A stretch of DNA of 64,000 bases, taken from assembly GCA_964187785.1 (NCBI GenBank), contig OZ076409.1, positions 24,864,001 through 24,928,000 on the forward strand, written 5' to 3'. The notes beneath the pieces are model-generated. The model had not been told where the DNA came from. It made no database searches and saw only the letters and a program-made list of their open reading frames with translations. Position 1 is the stretch's first letter; every line of letters starts with the position of its first letter. A program made the position numbers and the translations under genes. Shown in pieces: positions 14,083 through 27,233 of the stretch. Source of the stretch: Amphiscolops sp. MND2022. Its lineage: Eukaryota.

Positions 14083-17000
14083 GCAGCGAGATATTTTCCG
14101 CCCCAAACTGTTCAACTAAAAAAATGAGGCTCAAGAATAGCCAATGCACCATAAAAACGCAAAAAAGTTCGAAGAAAGGCAAGCTTTAATTTATCTCAGC
14201 CCATTTTAAAGGAAACCCACATTTTATAATTTCTGCAATAGCTGGCCACTTTTCGTTTTTTCGATACTATGCGACTTACCGAGAAAAAAAATTCAATAAT
14301 TTTTTTGAAAAAAATTTTCGAAAAACATTTTTCGCAATTTTTACTTTTTGAGGTTTTCTGTATAGGAAATAGATTTCCCCGAGTTTTGAGAGTGACTTCT
14401 TTGTTACTTTTGATAATATGGAACTGACGAGGATTCTTCTTCATCGTGGAAACTACCTCATTTCAGTTTTTTTACTCTGAGCGACTTTCCGAAACCTTTA
14501 TTTGGTCAAAGAGTACCCCCTTGCTTTCATAGCTGATTTCGACTTGAGAAAAGTAGTCTTACGAGCTGAAAATTTTTTCACAATCACAGAATTTTACCGG
14601 AAACAATCAAAAAAACGGATCTTGGTGATTCTTGTTGGGCAAAAGTGGTTTCCTAGTCTCAGGAGTATTTTTTGAGGTAAATTTTGGCGCTGAGAAAATG
14701 GTAAAAGCTTGAAACTAGGTCCTTTGCAAATTTAGGAGCGTTGAGCAATCCCGGATTTGTATTTTTTTGCACCTAGTTTCACCGGACATGTCAAAAGATG
14801 GAAATACTTTTGACAACTTAAGGGTCAATTTGAGGAACTTTTCTAATATGAATTTACAAATGTCTCTTCAAAATTAAGCCTACTGGACACCGCGTTTAGC
14901 TGTTGTCGAATGTTTATACCATTGTAACCCACCAAATAGCTCGAAACATCTTCCTTTGGAATGTGTATTCCATATATAGTGGTTTTGTTCGAAGGTTTTT
15001 GAATATTAAATCTTGGATAAATGAGGTCGAAATTTACGTTTTCAAGTAAAGTTTTTGAAAGTTGGGCAAATAAACTTGTCTGATATCTTTTCGAAACACT
15101 ACCGGTAGCTTCACGATTCAATTCTGAGCCTGTGGTTTTTCTGATTGAAGTAAATTTTTGGAAAGCGTCCAAATTTGGGACTATGTTGTCGAAAACAAAG
15201 AAAGTTCGTGAACTTTGACACCTTTGTTGTAAACTCGATGAACTTCATTCCACTTTTTTCTCCAATTGCGTTTTGAATTGTTTAACGTTTATTGCTCAAT
15301 TGCTCAGGTCATTGGAAATTCTCATCTTCAAAAACTTTCGTCGTATGAACAAAAATTGGGATTAGTTTGTCAAATAACGTGCTTTTTTGATGTTTCATGG
15401 ATTTTTGGGTGTTTTTGAGCCAATTCCAATAAAAAATGCAGTTCAAAATCTCTTCACAATTGTCTACAGGACATACCCAAATTAGTCAGTGTTGAGTTCT
15501 TTTACACCATTTTATGCATGGAAGTAGCTTGAAAATTGTACAAGGAACTGCCTAAATTTGTGAAAAAAAAGAAAGTTCTCAGTTTTTCCAATATTTGGGT
15601 CATTCTGAGGCAAATTTCGACAACGAATTAGGCATTTTTTTGGAAAACGTGCTTCGGACCTAGTTTTATCATCTGTAGTTTTTCGAAGCTTTGTTCTACC
15701 AAAAGTTTCCAATCTCAAGTAAAAATTCATTGAAAATGTCGGAAATCGACAAACATTTTGACAGTTTCGACTTTTTGCGGTCAATTTTGAGCCATTTTCC
15801 AACCGAGTCTGCAAATATTCCTTTAAAAGCCTACTGGGTTATGAGTTCAGTCTTTGTTGAACGTTCGCCAACATTCTTATTCCAAAACGATTCAAAAAGT
15901 ACAAAAATTGCACAAAAACGAAGATGTCGAAATTTTTGACTCCTTCCGAGTCATTCTGAAGTGTTTTTGAAGCAAAACGCTTCCTGCAACGTTCTTTTCA
16001 AAAAATGTAATGCAAATCTCGTTCTTCCGTGTTTGAGTCGATTATGTTGGAACGTAAAATAAAATCTCTCGAAAAATGTACAGAAATTGCATCAAAAACG
16101 ACAAAACTACAAATTTTTTGATGGTTCAGGGTCAATTTGAGGCGTTTTTTTTTACAAATTGATCTCATCTAGTGACAAAAGAACACTGAAACAACAAGTG
16201 TGCCCATGTTTCAGGCGTTCTAGCATTCTAGTCCATGAAGTCTGTAGATATTTTGACAAAAATTGAATAAAAATAGTGAAAATCGGAAAAAAATTTCAAA
16301 TTTTTGTTTTTTTTTCAATGTCAATTCAGAAGTTTTTGTATGAAAAAATGCATTTATCCCTTTTCTAAGCATACTGGACAACACATTTTTTTCTTGTTGA
16401 CACTTTTCTTTGTTCCAATTCAAAAACACTTTCGAAAATTCGGAAAAAACGCATAAATTTTTTGAAAATTGTAAACTTTTGAGAATTTTGACACTTCAGT
16501 GTCAAAGTGAGACATTTTCATTCAGAACATTGCAATTATCTCGTCCTGAAAGCCTACTGGACAACCGACCCTTTCTTCGTTGACCCCTTAAAACATTCCA
16601 ATCTTCGAAGACTGTCGAAACTTAAACAGAAAATGCATAAAAACTTTGAAAGTTGGAATTTTTTTTGTAATTTTCGGAATGACTTTGAGACATTTTCATT
16701 CAGAAAAATGCAAATAACTCTTTCGTAAAAGCCTATTGAGCAACACACTCTTGCCTTGTTGACCCTTTTCAACGTTCCGGCGAAACAAAAAACGGCGAAA
16801 CTCTAACAAAAAATGCAAAAAAACTTTGAATGATAGAAAAATTTATGATTTTTGTCATTTTCGGTGTCAAGTTGAGATATTTGTCATTCGGAAAAAAACC
16901 AACTATCTCTTCGAAAAAGACAACTGGACAACAAATCAGTGCCATGTTGAACGTGTTCAAGATTTTAATCCAAAAAGTCTATCAAAACTTTGACAAAAAT

Positions 17001-17434
17001 TGCATTAAAACGTAAGACATTGGGAAATTTTTAGTTTTTTGTCATTTTCGGGTCTTTTTTTCCAAAACAACCGCACTTATCTCTTCATAAACGACTACTG
17101 GACAACGAATTTTTGTCTTGTTGAACCTTTTCAACAATATAATCCACGACATCTATCGAAAAATTGACAAAAATTGCAATAAAACGGAAAAAGTTGAAAT
17201 TTTCTAAAATTTTCTGTTTTGGTGCCATTTTCGGGTCATTCTGGGGTCCTTGGGGTCAACTAAAAATGTCCAGAAATCTTCACAATTACATATCGCACAA
17301 AGCTAATCTTACGTGAGTTGAATTCTATGGGTAACACCCTTAAAGTTAAATATAAATTTGGTGCTTGGCAAACTTTGTAAAAAAACCGCTTTATTTGAAT
17401 CTTTTGCTTTCCCATACGAAATATGGGCAGAAAA
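14083..17434 (-). mobile_element. ~3.3-kb Helentron/DINE-1-like non-autonomous element, copy 1 (3' hairpin truncated)
   Basis: Diverged inverted copy of 19234-21940. It has sub-terminal IRs TTTTCCGCCC / GGGC(A/G)GAAAA and internal ~180-bp subrepeats carrying CTACTGGACAAC at about 16371, 16555, 16733, 16921 and 17095. Confidence 0.75.
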
Positions 17435-17632
17435 CTACAAAGCAGTGTACTACGCTAAATGAAATTCAGTTATGTATTAAAGTATTAAAATTTATGTGAT
17501 TCAGCATTGGTAACAAAGCAGGGCTTTAATGAAATTTAAACTCTATCCAACACTTTTTGTTTTATTCGGGAAGGTTTATTTCGTTTTTTGAATTTTTCTA
17601 GAAAAAACGTTTTTCATTTTCGCTATTATTGT

Positions 17633-18075
17633 TTAATATGAATGTCGTTCCGTTTTCAAATTTTTTGGTAGGGTATTCCATATTGGGACCACTTGGCTGA
17701 AGAAGCTATTTTCAATAAAGATACTGTCATTTTTGACAATGAGATAGATTTGATCGGTTCGTTTATGTTCTCTAATAAATGCAGTAGTTGGTCTATTATC
17801 GTTCGTTGAAGAAGGAACCATGTTGTGAGAGAACTTCTAAAGAATGGAGCCAATTTCAATTTCAAGAAGTATTGTATAGGTAAAATATCATGCAAAAAAT
17901 TCAAATCCGCTGAGTGATCACATTTTGGTAGAACTATTTTGTCTAGTTCAGGTGTATCGATAAAAAACTGACGAAAAGCCATTACAGTCACTCTTTTCTG
18001 AAGAAAGGCGCCGACTAATAAACGACCTGTTTTTGGAAAACGTCTATACATTTTTTTAGCCTGACCTTTGAACAA
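17633..18075 (-). pseudogene. LINE ORF2 C-terminal remnant
   Basis: ENSFFSQVVPIWNTLPKNL resembles the SFF.R....WN.LP end motif of CR1/L2-like ORF2 proteins. The frame is broken. Confidence 0.45.
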
Positions 18076-18820
18076 AGTGATTAGCTAGTTTCAAACATAA
18101 TACAGCTACAACCAATGTTGCCGAAGTGTTAGGTAGCAAAGTTCTTCAGTTTCAATGTCTTAGATGCCAATCCCGGCTCTTTGGGAATTTTAAAATAGTT
18201 TAACAGGGTTGACTTCGAAGGTTGTGCACTTGAATTCTCTTGGAAGATTGTTGCGGTTATGTCTGGAAGAAGTGTCTCAATAAGAGACACGGTTACTCTT
18301 GGGATCTTAATGAAGACGTTTTCTAAGCGTGATTGGTGGATATTGTTCACAGTGACACAAATAACACTTGGAAAAAGATCGAGAGTGCTTACCATTACAA
18401 TGCAAAATTGACATCATAGCTGTGAAATTTACCAACAATTGACGCTCGATTAATTTGAAACGCTCTCAAAACTTGACTTCGTGTCGTCATTTCTTTTCGT
18501 GTGTGATTTGGTTTTCATTTTTGAGACCTTTCAAATTTTGACACAATAATGCATGAAAGTCAAGAAGTTTTTTTGAAATCTAAACTTTGTTTGATTATAT
18601 TGAGTTGTCTTCTGAAACTGAAATTTATTTCAGTTAGTAGTTTCATAGATGCTTCTGCTTAGGAAAAGTCCCCTACACTACGGTGGATCGTTGTTTCTTT
18701 GTCGCCAGCTAACGAAGTCACCGATAGTCATCATATCAAAAGTCATGTTTTCGACACTCTGAAACTTTGTAACGATTCTTTTGCATTGAGAGTCTCTATC
18801 TCGTGGTTTTCGAAAAATTG

Positions 18821-18978
18821 AAAATTGGATGCGTCCAAAATAGTTTTTAGTGCTGTTAGACTTCATAAACTATCATTCATGTTTGTGCGTATTTCCCTTA
18901 AGGGAAATACGCACAAACATGAATGATAGTTTATGAAGTCTAACAGCACTAAAAACTATTTTGGACGCATCCAATTTT
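18821..18978. repeat. Perfect spacer-less 158-bp palindrome (79-bp arms)
   Basis: AAAATTGGATGCGTCC...ATTTCCCTT|AAGGGAAAT...GGACGCATCCAATTTT, centred between 18899 and 18900. Confidence 0.97.
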
Positions 18979-19233
18979 GAGGACGCATCCATCATCAATT
19001 GAGCAATGAAGAACTTTCAGATGGATTTTATTACGACTTGCAACAATTCCAAACTAGTGCGGAAGTCAGTTGACTTCTTTCGTCCATTCGTTGACTCCTT
19101 TCCTCCATCTTAGGAACAATCTTTCGTAATTATCTCCCAAGTTGACCATCATGGCTCATTCTCGGCCTTTCATCATGATTATGGCTTTTTCATGAAATTA
19201 CATTCGAATGATCATTCATGGTGATTTTTATTA

Positions 19234-21940
19234 TTTTCCGCCCATATTTCATATGGGAAAGGAAAATATTTAAATCGAACGGGTTTTTTTTTACAAAATT
19301 TGCCAAGAATTTATTTATATCAAAGCTAAAGGGTTTCACCCATAGAATTCAGCTCACATAATATTAGCTTCGTGCGAATTGTATTTGTGGAGATTTCCGG
19401 ACTTTTTTAGTTGACCCCAAGGACACCAGAATGACCCCAAAACAACTTTAAAATGACACCAAAAAAAGAAAATTTGCATTTTTTTACGTTTTAATGCAAT
19501 TTTTGTCGAGTTTCCGATAAAAGTCGTGGATTAGAATGTTGAAAAGACTCACAAAGACAAAAACTCGTTGTCCAGTAGTCGTTTATGAAGCGATAAATGC
19601 GGTTTTTTGGAAAGAAAAAGACCCAAAAATGACAAAGAAAACCAAAAATTTCCAGATTTTTAACGTTTTTAAGCAGTTTTTGTCAAATTTTCGATAGAAT
19701 TCGTGAACTAGAATGTTGAAAACGATCAACATGGTACAAGGTTTGTTGTCCAGTAGGCGTTTCCGAAGAGATAATGGCTGTTTTTTTACTGAAAAAAGTC
19801 TCAAATTGAGACCGAAAATGACAAAAGTCCCTAAATTTTCCATTTTTCAAAGTTTCTACGCATTTCTCGTCAAATTTTGGAGACTTCGTGGATTGGAATG
19901 TTTTAAGGGGTCAACAAGGAAAACGTTGGTTGTCCAGTGATCATTTTTAAGAGTTTATTGCATTTTTCGAAATGAAAATGTCTCAAATTGACACCGAAAT
20001 TGACAAAAAACAAAATTTTCCAACTTTCAAAGTAAAGTTTTATGCCTTTTTTGTTAAAGTTTCACAGACTTCGTGGATTGGAATGTTTTGAAGGGTCAAC
20101 AATGAAAAAAATGGTACGTCCCGTAGTCTCTAATGAAGACATAATTGCAATATTCTGATTGAAAATGTCTCAAATTGACACCGAAAATGACAAAAAACAC
20201 AAAATTTTCCAATTTTCAAAGATTTCATGAATTTTTTCCAAATTTTTGACAGACTTCGCCAATTGGAACGTTGAAAAGGGTCAAAAAGGAAAATAAGTGT
20301 TGTCCAGTATGCTTAGAAAAGAGATAAATACAGTTTTTCAATAGGAAATTGTCCGGAATCGAGATCGAAAAAGACAAAAATTCGAAAAATTAACAAATTC
20401 TTTTTTTTCCACTTTTTGTCAAAATATCGATAGACTTCGTGGACTAGAGTGTTTAAACGCTTAAGGCGTGGGCAAACTTGTTGTTTCGATGAGCCTTGGA
20501 AAACAAAATATTTTGGAAAAACTGAAAATTTTCAAGTTTTTTTTTACATTTTCAGGCAGTTTTTGTTGTTTTTTTGACATACTTCCTTGCATAAAATGGT
20601 TTTAAACACTCAACACTAACTAATCCGGGTATCTCCAGTAGGTAATTTTCAAGAGATAACTGCATTTTTTGTTGGAATTGGTCTCAAAAACATCCAAAAA
20701 TCCATGAAACAACAAAAAAGCACAATGTTTGACAAACTAATCCCATTTTTGTTCAAGCCATGAAAATTTTTAAGGAAGAGAAAATTCAATGACCTCAGCG
20801 TTTGAACAATAAGGTATTCAAAACGCAATTGTGGGAAAAATGGGCGTGAAGTTCACCGAGTTTAAAGCAAAGATGTCAAAGTTTCCGAACATTCTTTATT
20901 TTCGACAATATAGTCCCAATTTTGGACACTTTCCTAAAACTTACTTCAATCAGAGATATCATAGGCTCAGGATTGAAACGTCTAGCTACCGGTAGTGTTC
21001 CGAAAAGATATCAGACAAGTTTATTTGCACAATTTTCAAATACATTACTTGAAAACGTAAATTTCAACCTCATTTGTCCAATATTTGTCATTCAAAAACC
21101 TCCAAGCAAATTCACTAGATGCGGAGTACATCTTGCTAAGAAAGATGTTTCGAGCTACTCGTGGGTTAGAATGGTGTAACCATTCAAAAACAGCTAAACT
21201 CGGTGTCCAGTAGGCTTATTTTTGAAGAGACATCTGTAGATTCATTTTCGAAAAGTTCCTCAAATTGACCATAAAGTTGTCAAAACTATTTGCAATTTTT
21301 GACACTTCTGGTGAAACAATTTAGAATAATATAACAAACCGGGATCGCTCAATTTTCCTGAATTTGAAACAGACCTAATTTCAAGCTTTTACCATTTTCC
21401 CTTTTACCATTTATGGCGAAACGAGTTTCAGCTCGCGAAACTGCTTTTCTCAAGCCGAAATGTGCTATGAAAGCAAGGGGTACACTTTGACCAAATGAAA
21501 GTTTCGGAAAGAGGTACAGAGTCGAAAAAAACTTAAATGAGGTATTTCCCACAATCAAGAAGAAAACTCATCAGTTCCACGTGATCAAAAGTAACAAAGA
21601 GGTCACCCTCAAGACTCGGGAAACTTGTTTCCTTTACAGAAAAACTCGAAAATTAAAAATTTTGAAAATTGTTTTTAAAAAATTATTTTCAAAAAATTTA
21701 TTGAAAACTTTCTTTTTTCTCGGTAAGTCGCATAGTGCCGAAAAAACGAAAAGTGGCCAGCTCTCTGAAATGATAAATTAGGGGTTTCCTTTAAAATGGG
21801 GTACGATGAATCAAAGTTTTCTTTTCTTCGAACTTATTGGCATTTTTATAGTGCATTGGCTTGTTCTTGAGCCTCAAACTTAAGTAGTTGTAGAACAGTT
21901 CGGGGCGGAAAATATCCCGCTGCTCAGCGGGCGTCTTGTT
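19234..21940 (+). mobile_element. ~2.7-kb Helentron/DINE-1-like non-autonomous element, copy 2 (both ends intact)
   Basis: The 5' end is TTTTCCGCCCATATTTCATATGGG (sub-TIR plus hairpin). The 3' end is GGGCGGAAAA, then hairpin CCCGCTG-CT-CAGCGGG, then CTTGTT. It has ~180-bp internal subrepeats and no TSD is seen. Confidence 0.8.
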
Positions 21941-22568
21941 ATATTTGAATCATCAATGGTGATTTTCATTACAAGGCTAATCATCCATGATCATGGCTAT
22001 GATAAGATCCCGTGGTTCATCCATGAAGATCCATGACAGAAAACTACACGCTTTGTTAAGCATGGAAGCTTTTAGCAAGTCTGTGATAGTTTATGTATTG
22101 TAGCAAAAACTCAAGAGCGTTCGAATAAAACGAACTTTGTTTACAAGAATCCTTCTTGCAAAAATATGGGAAAGAACAAAAATAAAATGGAAAAAAGTTC
22201 AAAAAGTGAATCATGAATGTGCTATGTTTACCATTGGTTCATAATCACTCACATGTGAGCCCAGAGGTTTCAAAAAAGACCCAGAATCAAGAATGAAACA
22301 AAAATTGAGCTTATGAAGGTTTCACCACATTTTCTTGGAAAAAAGAACTACTGGTTATATTAATCTTAGAATGAGCCACAAAATATATGTTCCTCTTTTT
22401 AACAACATAGCTGAACAGCCTCGGTCAATTGGCGTTAGATTTTTCAAAAATCTTTGTGTAAAATTACTCAGGATTCAATGAGAAAAAATGAAAAACAAGC
22501 ACTTGAACGGCATTTTCTAGCAAAGAAAAACATCAAATGTAAGTTCGAAAGAATTTGAAATGACCAAC

Positions 22569-22707
22569 CCACGAATTGGCGAGTAGTTACGAGGATGCCG
22601 AGAGACACGAGGCCTAAGCTCGTGTATCGGAAGTTGAGTCTGTCTGCGTAGTCGCTGTCCAATCCGGTTCCGATTGTACCTAATTTGGTAAGCAGGTCGG
22701 AAATCAT
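22569..22707 (-). CDS. Innexin, coding exon 1
   Basis: ATG at 22707; encodes MISDLLTKLGTIGTGLDSDYADRLNFRYTSLGLVSLGILVTTRQFV(G), the innexin D..DRL plus TM1 region. The donor GTTGGT at 22568 is phase 1 and joins exon 2 in frame to give RQFVGDSIICW. Confidence 0.9.
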
Positions 22708-22761
22708 GATGACAGATGTTTGCTATTACCATCAAGCCAGAAATGCACTAAATTCTACCCT

Positions 22762-22797
22762 TTCTTCTTCTTCTTCTTCTTCTTCTTCTTCTTCTTC
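22762..22797. repeat. (TTC)12 microsatellite just upstream of the innexin start codon
   Basis: Perfect trinucleotide run about 55 bp 5' of the ATG; (GAA)12 on the sense strand. Confidence 0.95.
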
Positions 22798-23980
22798 AGC
22801 AGGAGTGAGGAGGAAATGGCAATTGCAGAGGATCAAGAAGGATGTCTGGAGAAATAGCTGTGCAAACTTTATTAGGCAATAATCCCTTGTGATTTAAACT
22901 GTATTCTACAAAATATTTGGCGTCGCATAACCGCATAAATTTCTGGCATCGTAACAATATACTTCCGGCTCAGTGGAATCTGCTAATGGTCTGGAACTTC
23001 ATTAGGTATTCGAGACCCTTCATGGAATTATTGCACCTCGTCGTTCACGTGAATGGTCTTCGGGGGCCTTTGTATCTACATTTGTAATCCTCTCATCTGC
23101 GCGTCCTATTCAGCTACCCGCCAACACCTCCAAAAAGCGCGGGGAAAAAGTGCGGCAAAGAATCTTTGTTTGAAGAAGGCACTGTAGACAAGAGCAGATT
23201 TTCACGTGTCGCGCAATCAATGCACCTCTTTGTTGCTATTCACAACGACACCCAGGCACATGTAAAAACGGGCAATTTTTTGTAGGAACGTTATTAAAAT
23301 TGTAACTCTTCAAACCACACTTAACAATGTCTTGTGGATACCGCTGAGACTTAACCAAATGTTGGTTTGAACAAAGGCCTCTGTTAGAATTGGTATCACT
23401 GACTGGTAGATAGTTGGTATTTTGCGCAATTGGTAACTGGTGTTTGGATGAAATCAATTTTATTACTCAGGCACCTGTGAAGCTGCAATTAAATTAATTG
23501 AAAAATGCAGAAGATCTCTCAAGTCGGGAGACTGGATTTGTGTTCACGTTGTTGCCTTGCCTGGGGGTAGATATTTCAAACTGATAAATAATCTGCGGGA
23601 ATTTTTGGTGGCGGGAATCAAATGGATTCTGTTGCTACTCCATTAGCTGGGAGAGGGAATTGGAATCTGGAAAGAGAAGCGACCAACCGAGCTCTCTTTC
23701 TTTCTGGAAGTATGAAATGTTTAGAAGAGCAAGGGCAACAGAATTGGGAATGATTCGCTTGCTGCTGCTATATCCTGTGAGGATCTTCAATATCCGGTAT
23801 CTAGGGCAAAGATGATTAAGGTTTATGGCAAAGGCACCCTCGGCACAGCTTTCTCAAGAATGGGAAATATTATACAATTGTAGCTTCAAATAAACACCAG
23901 TGTAAGTGTTGTAGTTGGATCCAAGTTAATATTCCTCGTATATTTTGATGAATTTCTGCTTGTCTGAGGACGATCAAGCA

Positions 23981-24125
23981 AAACAAGCAAGAAGCGGGAA
24001 TAAAATGGCGGTAAACATTATATTTCACATGGAAAAGCCGCGCGGTTAACGTATACCGTAAATTCAGTTATACTACTCCACTTTATTCCACTGTTGTGTA
24101 TTCCCTCTTTCTTTCCCTCACTCTC
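23981..24125. repeat. Dispersed repeat terminus; second diverged copy at ~28616-28769
   Basis: AAACAAG..GAATAAAATGGCGGTAA...CCGCGC.GTTAACGTATACCGT...TTTATTCCACTGT.GTGT is shared by both loci. It starts AACAAG like the other Helentron-like families. Confidence 0.6.
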
Positions 24126-26828
24126 GGTCGTGCTTCCTCATACCATGGTGGCCTTAGTCGCTGCTTCCTAAGCTCCAAACAGTAAGCGAGGCATAAGCAT
24201 TCCTGTACCATTCTTACAATTACTTCTATCGAACACGACGTCTTGCCATTCCCATGTTCATTCCACGTCTCCGTCTCAGTGGCAATAAGCTCTAGCTACC
24301 TGACAATAAGCGAAAAGGAATGAATTTAGGAAGGAAAAGAAACACAAGAATCGAATCATTACCCAATCTTCCCAACAGAACCACTGAAAATATACCCCCA
24401 AATACCCCTTTCTAAAATCACCCCCTTCCTATTTGAATCCCCGCCAAGACTACCAACATGCTCTGTTTTCCATCAGTTTCGGTTTGTTCTTTCCTCCTTC
24501 TCTATTATTTAAATTCCCGTCGTGCTACCATCTTAACCTATCCCACAGCACAATGCTAGCCAATCAGAGAAGCCGCACAATCGATTGCAATTCATTCAAT
24601 TACTCAAAGAGCAGTCCCCATGCTTTTAGCAAGACTGTCGCTTCAGTGACGTCACAATAGAGAGGGAAAAGGTAGGAAAAGAAGTAACATTACTTATGAC
24701 TCGGTCTGATTCATTCAACCTGTCTTACAAGTCTCTATCTACCAGTCAGCAACGACCAGTCAGACAATCAACCGGTCGTGTAAAAGAATGAAGAATCGAA
24801 TCGCTCAAGGGAATTTAAGCTCTTTACTTTGTTTCACCCGGGACTTGAGAAGAAGAAATGAAATCACACACAGAGCTGAGGATCTAAGCGAAAACTAACC
24901 AAACAAAAAATATGTGCAAACCTAATTTACTTATGACTAGACACCACCATTTACAAGAGTTATAACTACACCAAGTAGGTATAAATATCATCCATCCCGA
25001 CCGGAGAGCCCAAGGACCCAAAATAACACTTGAAAACTCCCACCCCTGTAAAATCCAGGCTCTTTTTCAATTTTTATGTAAAACAAGCCCACGGGAAAAC
25101 CCAGGTAGGGTGAGAGAAGAATTTTAAATTGGTAAGAAGGCCTTTGGTAAGAACCAATTACACGCGTGGTAAGGAGTTTATGTTTCCTAACTTAAGGGAG
25201 GAGCAAAGTGTGCATGTTTTTACTTCCAAAGAAAATAAAAATAAATTCCAATTTTTGCAGAAATTATGGAAGTGAAGCGAAATTGATTAGTTTAAGAAAT
25301 GACATTCAAATTGTTTTATGAGGAAAATTAGTCGCAAAAAAGCGTCTAGCGTGTATTTCACGCTCGGACTAGAATGAAGCAATTATAATAGAAACAAGAA
25401 CGACAGCATAGTTGATTTTGTAGCAAAGTTATATAAAAAAGTAAACATGTTTCAAATTTGGTATGTGTAATTTAATGGCTTGTAAAATTTTAAGTGGGAC
25501 ACAAATTTTGATTAGTTTTGACAAGCTGGGGATCGGTTCTCATTGTGCGAATGACAACGTTTTCGACAGGAAGTTTTCCCTGAAAATGTTAAACAAACAA
25601 AAATTTTCGAACATGATATGGTGTTCCGAATTACTTGGGGGAATTGTGAAGTTCAATAATTCATAAAGATACATTTTTAATTACTTCAAGACAAAAAAGT
25701 ACAAAGAGTCCTTCCAGGTAAACTGATGCACGATTTCTGTTTGAATTTTGGAAGTTGATCAAAAGTGTAATCTACATATTTTGCAACCCCTGTTTCTTCA
25801 ACTCCAGGGAAATGAACAACAACAGAAACAGAAGTTGACAATTCATCCCGCCCGAATGTTGCAGTCAATCGCGGATTTTTGATAACCATTGTAATAAGAT
25901 TTATACCGGATTGACTTCTCCCGAGTTTCGGACACAGATCAAACTTCAAAAGAAACAGGCCAAAATTGAAACAAAAGAATCTTTTGCTAGACAAAAAAGA
26001 AGCGTATGTAGCTTCCGTGTAAGTATTATATAGTTGACTTGAGATCAAGACTTGATTTTTACAAGCAATATTGAATTTTATACCTGGAGGATAAGATTGG
26101 AACATGGCACAGTAGCCATTTTTTTTATCAATACAAAACTACTTAAGAAATACCAAATCACCATTACAACCAACTGAAGGCAGCAGAAAAGCTAGCCGTT
26201 TTGGATCTGGTATCAAAGTATCAGATGGAAAGCCAATTTCTACACCGGAACGGTGAAAAAGAAAGATTCCAGCAGTTCACAAAGAGAGAATACACGATGG
26301 ATTTGTCAAAAGATCAGAGTTAGCGGATACTGACTGGACCAGAAAAGAAAAAGTATTACAAGAAAACTTCATATGGGGCATCGGCCAAAAACTAAACCAA
26401 ATAACATGAGCGGAATAAAATACAGTACTGGAAATGTGTATTCGAAAAACAAATCAAATTATTGAACAAATCATACATACGGATACAGAACCCATACCAC
26501 AACAGAAGAGATTTTTTGGCAAAAGAAACAGAAACCAAAGCACCAGAGGATTCTGAAGAAAACAGCCGATACCAAGAGGAATGCATCTTCGATATCGTTT
26601 CAGCGAAAATGCCAATGTTTAAATGCATGGGACCAATAGACAACAAAAATATTCGGGACAAATGATGAACAAGCCGGGAACGGCCCAAGTCGGCGCCATA
26701 TCTAAGGCTCAAAAATAGCAAAAGGACTTCAAAGTGTCAAGTATTCTCTTCTACAGTACCTCCGTGAGGAAAAAATTGAAAAAAATCCGATTTTTTTGAA
26801 TTTTTTTTTGAATTTTTCTGGTCTCCGG

Positions 26829-27233
26829 TAGAGGTGCACCGGAGAGGAAATTTTCCGTCCGGCCGGGTAACCGGACAGGACTGATTGAAGCCGGATTCCG
26901 GCCGGACCGGACATTATCCTCAATTGTAAGCGATGAAGGGCTGTTTTCAGAATTGGGCAATGAGGATTACGAAAAACGAACCAGGCCTTTACCAGAGCGG
27001 TGAAAAACTATTTTCCCTCTACCATAATTTAATGAATTTTGATTCACAGTCACAAATTCAAGTTTTCGATGCACATACACTTTTTCTGACTTAGATATTC
27101 CGATTATTTAAGAATATGTTTTTAAGATGATATCCGGCCGGACATGGTATAAAGTCCGGCCGGATACCGGACAGAACATTTTCCTGAAATCCGGCCGGAT
27201 ACCGGACCGGACTTCTTTTCCGGTACACCTCTA
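26829..27233. mobile_element. 405-bp hAT-type MITE
   Basis: TIRs TAGAGGTGCACCGG / CCGGTACACCTCTA. Perfect 8-bp TSD GTCTCCGG at 26821-26828 and 27234-27241. Subterminal CCGGCCGG/ACCGGAC repeats. Confidence 0.9.

Noticed and set aside
14843..15172. Similar ORFs at 14843-15172 (-) and 20922-21179 (+) as a gene pair
   Set aside because: They are the same stretch of the two inverted non-coding repeat copies. They start at non-ATG codons, differ in length and show no recognisable domain.
24555..24660. CCAAT box and palindromic CRE (GTGACGTCAC, 24646-24655) as the innexin promoter
   Set aside because: They are about 1.9 kb from the ATG, close to a dispersed repeat, with no TSS evidence. Short motifs like these occur by chance.
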